From Woeseiaceae bacterium (lineage in GTDB: Bacteria; Pseudomonadota; Gammaproteobacteria; Steroidobacterales; Woeseiaceae): DNA of 64,000 bases. The position numbers were made by a program, and so were the translations under genes. Positions within the stretch are counted from its first letter, which is position 1. Every line of letters begins with the position of its first letter. The stretch is from assembly GCA_028289545.1 (NCBI GenBank), contig JANQPG010000048.1, positions 200 through 64,199 on the forward strand. The letters run 5' to 3'. The notes beneath the pieces are model-generated. The model was given only the letters and a program-made list of their open reading frames with translations, was not told where the DNA came from and did not search any database. This document shows, piece after piece, positions 20,424 through 29,693 of the stretch.

Positions 20424-20933
20424 ATGCAACCCCCGAACATGGCGGACATCAGAATGCAGACGGTTTTGAGCGCAACGGCAGAAGCCACACCCCAGCGGCA
20501 ACCGAGGCTTGTTGCAACGGGCCTGGTGTGCGCCGCCTGCTTGTGTCTGTCCGCGTTGGCGGTCGCTCAACAGTCGGGCGGCGAATCTTCCGCTGACGAA
20601 GCGACTTCGAGCGAAACAGACGCGCCCGAGGAAGCCGGTGAAGATCGCCGGATGGACGAGATTATCGTCACGGTACAGAAACCGGGCGACCGTCAGCGTG
20701 CGGAAGCACCTTACGAGCAGCTGATGCGCGAGCGGCTCATCAGGGAAATGGACGCAATGCGCGAGCGCCAGGAAGAATTCGAATGGCGGCAGCAGGACGG
20801 GCCCGCGGAACCGTCGAGAATTCGCCTGGGCTACAGAGCGCAGGACGACAGCCGCGATCGCCGCGACACGGCGCTCACCGATCTGCCTCTCGAAAACACC
20901 AAGCCGGCAACACTGTTCCGTTTCGAGTTTTAG
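20424..20933 (+). CDS. secreted hypothetical protein with TonB-box-like motif
   Basis: Signal peptide, an acidic Ser-rich linker, then DEIIVTVQKPGD. A charged helical middle. Terminal LFRFEF. Confidence 0.55.
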   Translation: MQPPNMADIRMQTVLSATAEATPQRQPRLVATGLVCAACLCLSALAVAQQSGGESSADEATSSETDAPEEAGEDRRMDEIIVTVQKPGDRQRAEAPYEQLMRERLIREMDAMRERQEEFEWRQQDGPAEPSRIRLGYRAQDDSRDRRDTALTDLPLENTKPATLFRFEF

Positions 20934-20963
20934 CCGCGCACCACGCGCCAACCGAGTCGACAC

Positions 20964-21878
20964 GTGCCGGAAACAAAGCGCGTTCTTGCCGCACTCATCA
21001 TTTCCGCCACCATGACCTCGGGCTGCGCAAGCCTCGACCCGAGTACGCTGACGTCGCTCGACGTTGCCTACCTGACGAATCGCGACGCTCAAACCAGGAA
21101 CGGCGATACGGTTCGCTATCGCACAGCGGTTGCCGAGACCAGCGCCGGCTATTGCCGGGTTGCGGCAACGGTTGAAGGCAAGGCGCGGAGTCGGTTTCTC
21201 GAGCACGCACCTGCTTCCGTCGAGACGGTGCTATCGGCGTTTGCGCCGGGCGAGGGTGTGCTGGTCTACGTCCATGGCTACAACACGGGTTTCGAGCGGG
21301 CCTGCCGGCATGCAGCCCTGATAGCGCTGCAGACGGGATTTGAGGGGCGTGTCCTGCTGTTCAGCTGGCCATCCAGCCAGGCGGTGGTCACTTACGCTGA
21401 AGACGCCAGCCGTTTTGGCGCCAGCGAGCCGGCGATCTTTGCCGCGCTGCATGCGTTGGCCGATCGTTACGGTGCGGAGCGGATCCACATCATGACTCAC
21501 AGCATGGGAGCGCGTCTGACCCGCGGATCGGCAGAAGGTCTCGAGCGTGCTGACGGGCATTTTGGTGAGTTGCTGCTGGTGGCGCCCGACGTCAGCCGCG
21601 AACGCTTTGTGGCCTGGCTACCGGGCCTTAGAGAACGCTTTCGCGGCGTGACCGTGCTCGCCTCCGACCGCGACCGGCTGTTGTCGTTTTCCCGGGTGGT
21701 CAACGCGAGTCCTCGCCTGGGCCAGGCAAACGGCAGCGCCCCCGACGGTGTGAATCTGGTCGACGTGACGGAGTTCGACGGTTTCCGGGTGGGCGGTCAC
21801 AACTATCACATCTACCACGCGGAAGTCGGTGCGATCCTTCGCGCCGCGCTGGAAGATCCCGAAAATGGGGCTTATTGA
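20964..21878 (+). CDS. alpha/beta hydrolase lipoprotein (DUF900 type)
   Basis: Lipobox MTSGC. VLVYVHGYNTGFE, FSWPS, and nucleophile elbow THSMGA. Confidence 0.8.
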   Translation: MPETKRVLAALIISATMTSGCASLDPSTLTSLDVAYLTNRDAQTRNGDTVRYRTAVAETSAGYCRVAATVEGKARSRFLEHAPASVETVLSAFAPGEGVLVYVHGYNTGFERACRHAALIALQTGFEGRVLLFSWPSSQAVVTYAEDASRFGASEPAIFAALHALADRYGAERIHIMTHSMGARLTRGSAEGLERADGHFGELLLVAPDVSRERFVAWLPGLRERFRGVTVLASDRDRLLSFSRVVNASPRLGQANGSAPDGVNLVDVTEFDGFRVGGHNYHIYHAEVGAILRAALEDPENGAY

Positions 21879-21995
21879 AAGTTCGAGAATATCGAACAAA
21901 AGTGTCGATGTTTAAGAATTGTTCTTAGTTTCCAGATGCCCGATACTAGATCTCGTTCGATGCCTGATCCTTCCCCCGGTGCTTCGAACACGTGA

Positions 21996-22025
21996 GGCCG
22001 CGATACGATTCGCGGCCTTTTTTTT
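21996..22025 (+). terminator. rho-independent terminator
   Basis: GGCCGCG-8 nt-CGCGGCC followed by T8. Confidence 0.8.
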
Positions 22026-22043
22026 GCGCGAACTCCGCTTGGG

Positions 22044-23231
22044 TCAGGCCACTTCACCGGCGGCGTGCCCGGACGCCCATGCCCACTGGAAATTGAATCC
22101 ACCCAAATGGCCCGTGACGTCGACGACTTCACCGATGAAGTACAGACCCGGCACGCGGCGGGTTTCCAGCGTTTGCGAGGACAGCTCACTCGTGCACACG
22201 CCGCCCAGCGTGACTTCCGCCGTGCGATAGCCTTCCGTTGCCGCGGGTTTCAGTGCCCAGCTCTTGAGGCCCTTCGCGACTCTCGATAGTACGCCGTGGC
22301 CAATTTCGGCCAGCGGTTTATCGGCCACCTCCGGCCACTCGCGCGCCTCGAGTTCGAGCACCAGCGCTTTTGGCAAGCAGCCCGACAATACGGTACGTAT
22401 CCTGGCGCCGGGCGATGCGTCCTTCGCCCGCTCGAGCAAGCCGAAGAAATCCTCGTGGGGCAGCAGCGAAACGTCGATCGACGAGCCCGGCATCCAGTAG
22501 CTGGAGGCCTGCAGCGCCGCCGGGCCGGACAGCCCCCGATGCGTAAACAGGAGATCGTCTTCGAAACACACGCCGCCCGCGCTGACGGCCGACGCAACGC
22601 TGACGCCGGCGAGTCGTTCCGTTAGCACCTTCGTCGAACCGCTGAACGTAAACGGCACCAGCCCTGCGCGCGTGTCCACGACCTTGAGTCCGAACTGCCG
22701 CGCCAGCCGGTAGCCGAGATCGCTGGCGCCCATCCGTGGTATCGACAGACCTCCCGTCGCCACCACCAGTGACGCCGACTCGAACCGGCCGTGGGCCGAC
22801 GTGACCGCAAACCCGGAGCCGGCGCGTTCGACGCGATCGATCGCGGCGTTGTGGCGGATCTCGACGGCCGCGGTCTCACATTCCGCAAGCAGCATGGCGA
22901 CAATGTCCTTCGAAGAGCGGTCGCAGAACAGCTGCCCGGGAGTTTTTTCGTGGTAGGGGATGCCGTGTTTTTCGACGAGCTCGATAAACTGCCAGGGGTT
23001 GAAACGCGCGAGCGCCGACTTGGCGAAATGCGGGTTGCCGGAGATGAAGTCAGACGCTTCGCAGTGTGTATTCGTAAAGTTGCAGCGCCCGCCGCCGGAC
23101 ATCAGGATTTTCTTGCCGACCCGGTTCGACCCCTCGAGAACGAGTACCTGTCGATTGCGGCGGCCCGCCGCAATGGCGCACATGAGACCGGCCGCGCCGC
23201 CGCCAAGCACAATGACATCGTAGCTGGTCAA
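22044..23231 (-). CDS. HI0933/BaiN-like NAD(P)/FAD-dependent oxidoreductase
   Basis: YDVIVLGGGAAGLMCA dinucleotide fold. C-terminal GLYFIGEVVDVTGHLGGFNFQWAWASG. TTG 23231 preferred over the longer track ORF that runs to 23378. Confidence 0.87.
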   Translation of the reverse strand: MTSYDVIVLGGGAAGLMCAIAAGRRNRQVLVLEGSNRVGKKILMSGGGRCNFTNTHCEASDFISGNPHFAKSALARFNPWQFIELVEKHGIPYHEKTPGQLFCDRSSKDIVAMLLAECETAAVEIRHNAAIDRVERAGSGFAVTSAHGRFESASLVVATGGLSIPRMGASDLGYRLARQFGLKVVDTRAGLVPFTFSGSTKVLTERLAGVSVASAVSAGGVCFEDDLLFTHRGLSGPAALQASSYWMPGSSIDVSLLPHEDFFGLLERAKDASPGARIRTVLSGCLPKALVLELEAREWPEVADKPLAEIGHGVLSRVAKGLKSWALKPAATEGYRTAEVTLGGVCTSELSSQTLETRRVPGLYFIGEVVDVTGHLGGFNFQWAWASGHAAGEVA

Positions 23232-23489
23232 GCCCGCCGTTCTTCCGGTTCGTTCGAGAATCGACAGGGTACGGGAATGCCGCCGGTTTTGCCCAAGGTT
23301 CACCGGTATGTCGCGTTCACAAGCCGCGACACTGCGTTTGACAAAACCCGAGGCGGGCGCCGGGGATGGCGTCAGCACAACACCCCGACACGTCGCGTTT
23401 AATGAAAATTTAGGAAATTTCGCGACTTGCGCGATTTCTGCGAAACTTCTTTCCCAGTTTCATCACAACGACGTTTGTTAGGTTCCCAG

Positions 23490-25106
23490 GTGACGATCAA
23501 GGGCTGGCCAGTTTTCCCCCGACGATTCAATTCGCGCGTGCGCTTTGCGACGCTCGGAATGCTCGTCATGCTGTTCTTGTTGAGCGGGCTGTTCTATGCC
23601 ATCACCCAGCGCTACCAGTTTCTGCTCGAGCGCAGCGAACTCGCCAACGACGTTGTCCTGAGTTATCTCGAAGTCTCGGATCGAACCTACCGCAAGCTCA
23701 ACGCCATGGGCGAGATGGTCGCGCAGGGTGAATACACCAACGAACACGAGCGCGCGCACAATGCAACGTCTCTTCGCGACGCCCTGACGCGCGTGCGTCG
23801 CGGTATTGCGGCCGAGGTTGCGTTGGTGCAAAGCCTCGACGAGAGGCTCGAACTCGACCATCTCGTCGAAGTCGAGCGGCTGGTCGAGGACATCATTTCC
23901 GGCAGCGAACGGATTCGCGTGGCTTTGCTGGAAAGCCGTCTCGACGACGCCCGTACGACCCTGAGCCGGATTCGCAGCGACCGCGTGGCCGGCCGTTTCA
24001 ACGAGCTCATCAACATTGCCCTGGTGGAAGAGCGCGAGGAGTTGCGAGAGACCAAGGAAGCGGCTAACGCACTCGGGTATTTCATCAGCTGGGTGCTGCC
24101 CCTTCTAACTTTGCTCGTCCTGTGCTTCGGCGTCGGCGTCACCGTCGTGATTTCCCGGTCGGTTACCCGATCCGTCGATACGCTGCGCGATGCGGCGCTG
24201 GCCTATGCCTCGGGCAATTTCGACTACCGGACCGACGAGCTCTACGAGGCCGAGTTCGCCGAGCTTGGCGATGCCTTTGACCGTCTGGGTGAGCAGCTCG
24301 GCAACCGCCGCGACAGCGATCGCCGGAAAAAAGCGAATCTCGAGCAGCTCGTCGCCGAGCGGACGCAAGGTTTAAGAGAGACCAACGAGCGGCTCGCGCA
24401 GGCGGATCGCAGCCGCCGCCAGCTGCTGGCCGACATTAGCCACGAGCTCAGGACCCCGCTGACCGTGATTCACGGCGAGGCCGAGATGGCGCTGCGCGGC
24501 GAGCGCAAGGAAGCCGAACACTACGAGGATTCGCTCGACAGAATCCGCGAGCAGGCGCTGCACACGAACCGTCTCGTCGATGATCTGTTGTTTGTCGCGC
24601 GCGCTGAAGAAGGCCAGGCGCGCATTCAGAAACGCTCGGTTGCGATTGCGGGCATGTTGAAAGCTGTGTGCGGCGATTTTGCCGTCGAGGCGGAAAGGAA
24701 ACGCATCCGGATTTCCGAACACATCGAGGACAACTACGCCGTCGTGCACGGCGATCACGACCGTCTGCGGCAAGTATTTACGATCCTCCTCGACAATGCG
24801 CTGCGCTACACCAACGACGACGGCCACATTCAGGTGACCCTCGGCGAGGAAGAGGACGGCGTGGTCATCCGGGTGCGGGACAACGGTATCGGTTTGTCGC
24901 CCGAAGACGCGGAGCAGGTGTTCTTCCGCTTCTACCGCGGCGCCAACGCGCAGCGTGCCGCGAGCGGCACGGGGCTTGGCCTGCCGGTCGCGAAGGCGAT
25001 CGTCGAAGCGCACCAGGGACACATTTCGATCAGTGGAGAAGTTGGCAAAGGCGCTGAAGCACGGGTTTGGCTGCCGGCCGAAGACAGCATTCGCGCTATT
25101 GCCTAG
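23490..25106 (+). CDS. HAMP-domain sensor histidine kinase
   Basis: Two TM helices flank a ~170-aa helical periplasmic region. H-box ISHELRTPLTVI. DNGIGL and GTGLGLPVAKAIV. The start (GTG 23490) is uncertain. Confidence 0.9.
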   Translation: MTIKGWPVFPRRFNSRVRFATLGMLVMLFLLSGLFYAITQRYQFLLERSELANDVVLSYLEVSDRTYRKLNAMGEMVAQGEYTNEHERAHNATSLRDALTRVRRGIAAEVALVQSLDERLELDHLVEVERLVEDIISGSERIRVALLESRLDDARTTLSRIRSDRVAGRFNELINIALVEEREELRETKEAANALGYFISWVLPLLTLLVLCFGVGVTVVISRSVTRSVDTLRDAALAYASGNFDYRTDELYEAEFAELGDAFDRLGEQLGNRRDSDRRKKANLEQLVAERTQGLRETNERLAQADRSRRQLLADISHELRTPLTVIHGEAEMALRGERKEAEHYEDSLDRIREQALHTNRLVDDLLFVARAEEGQARIQKRSVAIAGMLKAVCGDFAVEAERKRIRISEHIEDNYAVVHGDHDRLRQVFTILLDNALRYTNDDGHIQVTLGEEEDGVVIRVRDNGIGLSPEDAEQVFFRFYRGANAQRAASGTGLGLPVAKAIVEAHQGHISISGEVGKGAEARVWLPAEDSIRAIA

Positions 25107-25133
25107 ATGCGCCGCACCGCCCAAAATCGCAAC

Positions 25134-25811
25134 ATGCGCACGCTTGTTGTGGAAGATGACGACCGAATTGCGGATTTTCTGGTTCGGGCGCTCAAATCGG
25201 AGGGGTACAACGCGGTCCGAACCGGCGACGGTCGAGAGGCGCTGGAACTCGGCCAGAATGCCGATTTTGAACTCATTATCCTGGACCTGATGCTGCCGGG
25301 CATGCACGGCCTCGAGGTGTGCCAGGAGCTCCGGATGCGACGCATCGACACGCCCATCGTCATGCTGACGGCAATGGACAGCCTCGACGACGTGGTGACG
25401 GGCCTGCGCATGGGTGCGGACGATTACATCAAAAAGCCTTTCGTGATCGACGAGCTGCTGGCGAGAATCGAAGCGGTCGTGCGTCGAGGCCGCAGCTCCG
25501 ACGCACGAACCGAGGTCCTGAGGGTGGCCGACGTGGCGCTCGATCGCCGCTCGATGCGGGTAACCTTGGCGGGAGAACTCCTCGAGCTGACGGCCAAGGA
25601 ACTCGCCGTGCTGGAACTTCTCATGTCCAACCCCGGCCGGCTGTTCAGTCGCGAGCGCATATTGAGCAACGTCTGGGGGATGGACATGGATCCGTTGACC
25701 AACGTTGTCGACGTTTACGTCGGTAAACTTCGCAAGAAGATCGACGGCCATCGCGAGCACTCATTGATAGAGACTGTTCGGGGTATGGGTTATCGCATGA
25801 CCCTGCCCTGA
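25134..25811 (+). CDS. OmpR-family response regulator
   Basis: MRTLVVEDDDRIADFL and DLMLPGMHG (REC). Winged-helix LTAKELAVLELLM...RGMGYRM. Confidence 0.93.
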   Translation: MRTLVVEDDDRIADFLVRALKSEGYNAVRTGDGREALELGQNADFELIILDLMLPGMHGLEVCQELRMRRIDTPIVMLTAMDSLDDVVTGLRMGADDYIKKPFVIDELLARIEAVVRRGRSSDARTEVLRVADVALDRRSMRVTLAGELLELTAKELAVLELLMSNPGRLFSRERILSNVWGMDMDPLTNVVDVYVGKLRKKIDGHREHSLIETVRGMGYRMTLP

Positions 25812-25895
25812 GTCCGGTCCGAATCCGGTCCCGGCGTCCCACGCCGGTCTTCTGACCGCCCGAAACGCGGTTCCGCGCCTCTCTACTCCCGCTGA

Positions 25896-25971
25896 TTTTT
25901 CATTTCGCGTCGGGCTCGCCGAGGACAGTCGCTATTTGGCGACAGATCTCTTTAAACGTTTTTCATTTTGC
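25896..25971 (+). promoter_or_regulatory. AT-rich promoter region with direct repeat TTTTTCATTT(C/T)GC (25896-25908 and 25959-25971) flanking the inverted repeat GTCGC-TATTTG-GCGAC (25928-25943)
   Basis: Read directly. The repeats start 63 bp apart. Lies in the 288-bp gap between the OmpR-type regulator and the P-loop gene. Confidence 0.35.
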
Positions 25972-26040
25972 TTTTAGAGCGCCTTCATCGCTCTGACAGT
26001 TTGGGTTCATTGCCTGTCCGCACAATGGGTAGCAACAAAG

Positions 26041-26056
26041 CACGTCATGTGACGTG
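26041..26056. promoter_or_regulatory. palindrome CACGTCA-TG-TGACGTG upstream of ATG 26100
   Basis: 7-bp perfect arms with a 2-nt spacer, 44 nt before the preferred start codon. Confidence 0.3.
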
Positions 26057-26099
26057 CCCGTTACCACTCAACAAGCGCTACTCGAAAAGGACAGGGATC

Positions 26100-27188
26100 A
26101 TGAGCACAGCTTTAGAGGATGTCGTTACCAAACTGAACGCCGATCGCCGCTGGGTGCCGGGCTTTCAGCCCGAGGGTATTCCGCGCAACGCGAAATGGAG
26201 TTTTATTACCCGCAATATTCCGACCGGAGATGCGTCGCATATCGAAGCCCGCGACGATCACACGCCGCGGTCCGGCGACCTGATTGTCGCGCGGGTCGAG
26301 AAAATCGCTCAGCACACACGCATTCAGCTGCGCAACAGCCGCCGCTCGCTGCTCTACCCGGGCGACAAGATTGTCGTGGCTTTCGGCAACCGCTATGCGC
26401 CGGATCAGTTCGAAGCCGAAATACCCGAGTCGCTGGATCGCTGCCATCTCGTTGCCGCGGGCGGCGTTGCGGCGAAAGCCATTGCCAAGCACTCGAAGCT
26501 GAAATGGCCGACCACGATTCGCCCGGAGGGCTATTGCGTCGACGCCTCGGGCGAAGTCATGAATCTGAGGCGGTACGCGCTGAATACCGAGCGCACGGCC
26601 GGCTTGCCGAAGAAGCCGGTCATTGCCGTGCTGGGCACGTCGATGAATTCGGGCAAGACCACAACGGCCGCCGCGCTGGTCAAGGGGCTGACGGCAGCCG
26701 GATATCGAGTTGCGGCAGTCAAGGCAACGGGCACCGGCTCGGGCAACGACGTCTGGTCGTACGCTGACGCGGGTGCGGAACTGACGCTCGATTTTGTCGA
26801 CGTAGGCCACCCTTCGACCTACCGCGTCCCACAGCTCGAAATACAGGCCTGCTTCGACCGACTGTTGGCGACGACGCGCGCTGACGACAATATCGACGTT
26901 ACCGTTGTCGAGATCGCCGACGGCCTCTTGCATTTCGAGACGGCGGATCTCGTCGCCTCGGCCGCCTTCAAGCGCCAGGTTAAGCACGTCGTGTTTGCGG
27001 CCGGCGAAGCGATGGGCGCGCTGGCGGGCGTGGAAAGGATGAACCGGCTTGGCGTCAAACCGCTGGCGATATCCGGTCTGCTGACGGCCTCCGGCCTCGC
27101 GGCCACCGAGGCTGAAAGCTTTACGGGCGTTCCTGTACTCACGAAGGCCCGTCTCGAGTCCCCGCAAATCGCCAAGCTGGTGCTGTAA
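26100..27188 (+). CDS. uncharacterised P-loop protein (dethiobiotin-synthase/DUF1611-like C-terminal domain)
   Basis: ATG 26100 with AAGGA upstream; an alternative ATG lies at 26025. VIAVLGTSMNSGKTTTAAALVKGLTAAGYRVAAVKATGTG (Walker A) and VVEIADGLL resemble the SIMIBI/DTBS-like pattern. The N-terminal ~170 aa is unrecognised. Confidence 0.6.
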   Translation: MSTALEDVVTKLNADRRWVPGFQPEGIPRNAKWSFITRNIPTGDASHIEARDDHTPRSGDLIVARVEKIAQHTRIQLRNSRRSLLYPGDKIVVAFGNRYAPDQFEAEIPESLDRCHLVAAGGVAAKAIAKHSKLKWPTTIRPEGYCVDASGEVMNLRRYALNTERTAGLPKKPVIAVLGTSMNSGKTTTAAALVKGLTAAGYRVAAVKATGTGSGNDVWSYADAGAELTLDFVDVGHPSTYRVPQLEIQACFDRLLATTRADDNIDVTVVEIADGLLHFETADLVASAAFKRQVKHVVFAAGEAMGALAGVERMNRLGVKPLAISGLLTASGLAATEAESFTGVPVLTKARLESPQIAKLVL

Positions 27189-28858
27189 TGCGCGAGACCG
27201 TCCTACCCACCGCCATCCCGGCCGCACGCTCGCCGCTCCTGTTGGGCGTCGTCGGCCTCGGGATCCTGCAGGCGCTGACACTGATTGGACTGGCGCTCGT
27301 CATGCAGGACCTGCTGGCTACGTTGGTAGCCGGGGAGCTCGAAGCAGCCGACCGTAACAGGGACGTTGTCATCCTGTCGCTGCTCGCGCTCCTCGGCGGC
27401 CTGTGCCGCTGGCTGGAACGTGCCGGCGCCGAACGTCTCGGCAACGCGCACGTCCACGACGTTCGTCTGGCTTTGTTCGACGCGCTTGCCGGCAGGCAGA
27501 CGCACGACCGACGGATGCCCGGGCACGGCGTCAACATGGTGCGCTTCTCGAACGATCTCACCGCGCTCAGGCAATGGGTTGCGCTCGGCCTGACGCGCAC
27601 GATCAGCGCCAGTCTGTTTCTCGCGGGCGTGCTGCTTGCGACGGCGCTCCTCGCCAAAGAGCTGGCGCTACTGTTATTCGGGGCGTTGCTGATCGCGGCG
27701 CTTGGCTTGCTGTTGCTCGGTCGCGGTTTCGAAGGCAGTGTCCGGCGCACACGCCAGCGCCGCGGCGGGCTGGCAAACGCCGTATCCGACGTGCTGCTCA
27801 ACGTCCGTCATCTCGCAAGCTTCGGCCGCACGCGCCGCGAACGTAATCGTCTTGGCCGGCTGAGCGGCGAGCTGTCGTCGGCGCTCCAGACCCGTGCGTT
27901 CTGGATGGGTGCGCTGCGCGGCTTCACCGACTTTTCACACCGCATGATTCTGTTGCTCGTACTGGTTTACGGCGCGTACGCCGTTACGAGCGGCAGCCTG
28001 GACATTGCCGCGCTCCTGGCCGCCACGGGTGTCGTATCGCTAGCCGCCGCTCCGCTCAGGGATTTGAGCCGGGTCTTCGAGTACTGGAAGTCTGCAGGCG
28101 TGGCGCGGGAGAAGCTGACGCGTGTGCTCAGCCGCGGCTCAGGCGAGGCAGACCTGGGCATTGTGCGCCTGGGTCGCGGTCGCGGCAGGCTCCGACTCTA
28201 CGGCGTCGCGACCGAAGTGGGTTCGGCCGTGCTCGACCGCCGGGTCAAACCGCGCGAACGGATTGCGATCACCGGGTCGAACGGCAGCGGCAAGACCACG
28301 TTGATCAACGCCGTCGCGGGCCTGTCCGGGCTTGCCGCCGGGCAGGTGACGCTCGACGGCACGCGCACCGATCAGCTCAGCGACCGGCATCGCCGGCGCG
28401 CAATCGGGATCGCGAGCCATCGCGTGCCGCTGATGGCCGGCTCGATCAGCAAGAACATTCGCTACCGGAGTCCCGGCGCCAACGACGAGGCGGTGGCCGC
28501 GGCGGCTGATGCGGCCGGTCTCGATTCGCTCCTGAAACGCCTGCCCGACGGCTTGAAGACCCGCCTGGGCACCGACGGTGCCGGCGTCTCGGCCGGCGAG
28601 GCGGCGCGCATCAAGCTCGCGCGCGCACTGCTGGGGGAGCCGCGTCTGTTGCTGCTCGACGAGATCGAACAGGGCCTCGATGCCGGAGGCTACGACACCT
28701 TGAAAGGTCTGCTCGCGAACTATCCCGGGACGATCGTTTTTGCGACGCACGACAAGAGCCTCGCCGAAACGGCCGATCAGGTGTGGTCGCTCGATGGGCA
28801 GGACGCCAACTCGAAGAACAACCTGAACAAAGTGAGTCATCTCGATGAACGCCGCTAA
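27188..28858 (+). CDS. ABC exporter half-transporter (fused permease + ATPase)
   Basis: The start overlaps the upstream stop (TAATG). N-terminal multi-TM region. Walker A GSNGSGKTT, signature-like VSAGEAARI, Walker B LLLLDE, H-loop ATHD. Confidence 0.87.
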   Translation: MRETVLPTAIPAARSPLLLGVVGLGILQALTLIGLALVMQDLLATLVAGELEAADRNRDVVILSLLALLGGLCRWLERAGAERLGNAHVHDVRLALFDALAGRQTHDRRMPGHGVNMVRFSNDLTALRQWVALGLTRTISASLFLAGVLLATALLAKELALLLFGALLIAALGLLLLGRGFEGSVRRTRQRRGGLANAVSDVLLNVRHLASFGRTRRERNRLGRLSGELSSALQTRAFWMGALRGFTDFSHRMILLLVLVYGAYAVTSGSLDIAALLAATGVVSLAAAPLRDLSRVFEYWKSAGVAREKLTRVLSRGSGEADLGIVRLGRGRGRLRLYGVATEVGSAVLDRRVKPRERIAITGSNGSGKTTLINAVAGLSGLAAGQVTLDGTRTDQLSDRHRRRAIGIASHRVPLMAGSISKNIRYRSPGANDEAVAAAADAAGLDSLLKRLPDGLKTRLGTDGAGVSAGEAARIKLARALLGEPRLLLLDEIEQGLDAGGYDTLKGLLANYPGTIVFATHDKSLAETADQVWSLDGQDANSKNNLNKVSHLDERR

Positions 28859-29690
28859 TCCCAATAACAGCGAAACAACCGAGGCGCGTGCTGTGCCGAA
28901 AATATTGCGCCGCCGTCTGCCCGAGCATCCGGGATACAGCTATCTCGTGCGTTTCCCCGAGACGCCCGACGCGGACAAGCTGCTGGTAGCCGTCCACGGC
29001 ATCGCGCGCCAGGCCGACTACATGCTGCAGGCGCTGGCCGGTGGGGCGGACAAGCACAACTACACGCTGATCGCCCCGGTATTCAGCTACCGGGACTACC
29101 CCGACTACCAGCGCCTTGGCCGCGAGGGCCTCGGTCAACGCGCCGACCTTGCGGTTCGCGCAACGCTTGCGGATTTGCGCGAGCAGCTGGGCTTCAGTTC
29201 AGGATTTCATTTGTTCGGATTCTCCGGCGGGGCGCAGTTTGCGCATCGCTTCGTTTACGGACATGGCGAACCTGTGCACTCGGTCTGCCTGGCGTCGGCC
29301 GGTTGGTACACGCCGCCCGATTCCGGGAGACGCTTTCCCTACGGTACCGACAAGACCGCGCGGCTCGAAGATATTCGGTTCGACGCCCTGCGACTGGCGC
29401 GTACCTCCACGCTGGTTGTCGTGGGCGCCAAAGACACCGAGCGCGACGAGGCGCTGCGTACGACAGCGCGCGTCGACAACGTGCAGGGTCGCGATCGACG
29501 ACAGCGCGCCGAATGGTTTCACCGCCGCCTGAAACGGCTGGCGAAGCGCGCCAAGTACCCCGCACTGCACGAGTTCGCGCTACTCGAGAACACCAGCCAC
29601 GACTTCGGCGAGGCAGTCCATCAGGGCGGGCTTGCAGGCATTTTATTCGACTTCTGCGAGCGTGCCGCTCGCCACAGCAAAGAGGACTGA
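28845..29690 (+). CDS. cytoplasmic alpha/beta-fold hydrolase
   Basis: 14-nt overlap with the ABC gene. Nucleophile elbow FGFSGGAQF. Candidate His in NTSHDF. No signal peptide. Confidence 0.7.
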   Translation: MNAANPNNSETTEARAVPKILRRRLPEHPGYSYLVRFPETPDADKLLVAVHGIARQADYMLQALAGGADKHNYTLIAPVFSYRDYPDYQRLGREGLGQRADLAVRATLADLREQLGFSSGFHLFGFSGGAQFAHRFVYGHGEPVHSVCLASAGWYTPPDSGRRFPYGTDKTARLEDIRFDALRLARTSTLVVVGAKDTERDEALRTTARVDNVQGRDRRQRAEWFHRRLKRLAKRAKYPALHEFALLENTSHDFGEAVHQGGLAGILFDFCERAARHSKED

Positions 29691-29693
29691 ACG

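Noticed and set aside
24372-27281. Long minus-strand ORFs 24372..25760 and 26112..27281
   Set aside because: They are antisense to the HK/RR genes and to the P-loop gene. They are Arg/His/Val-rich with no domains.
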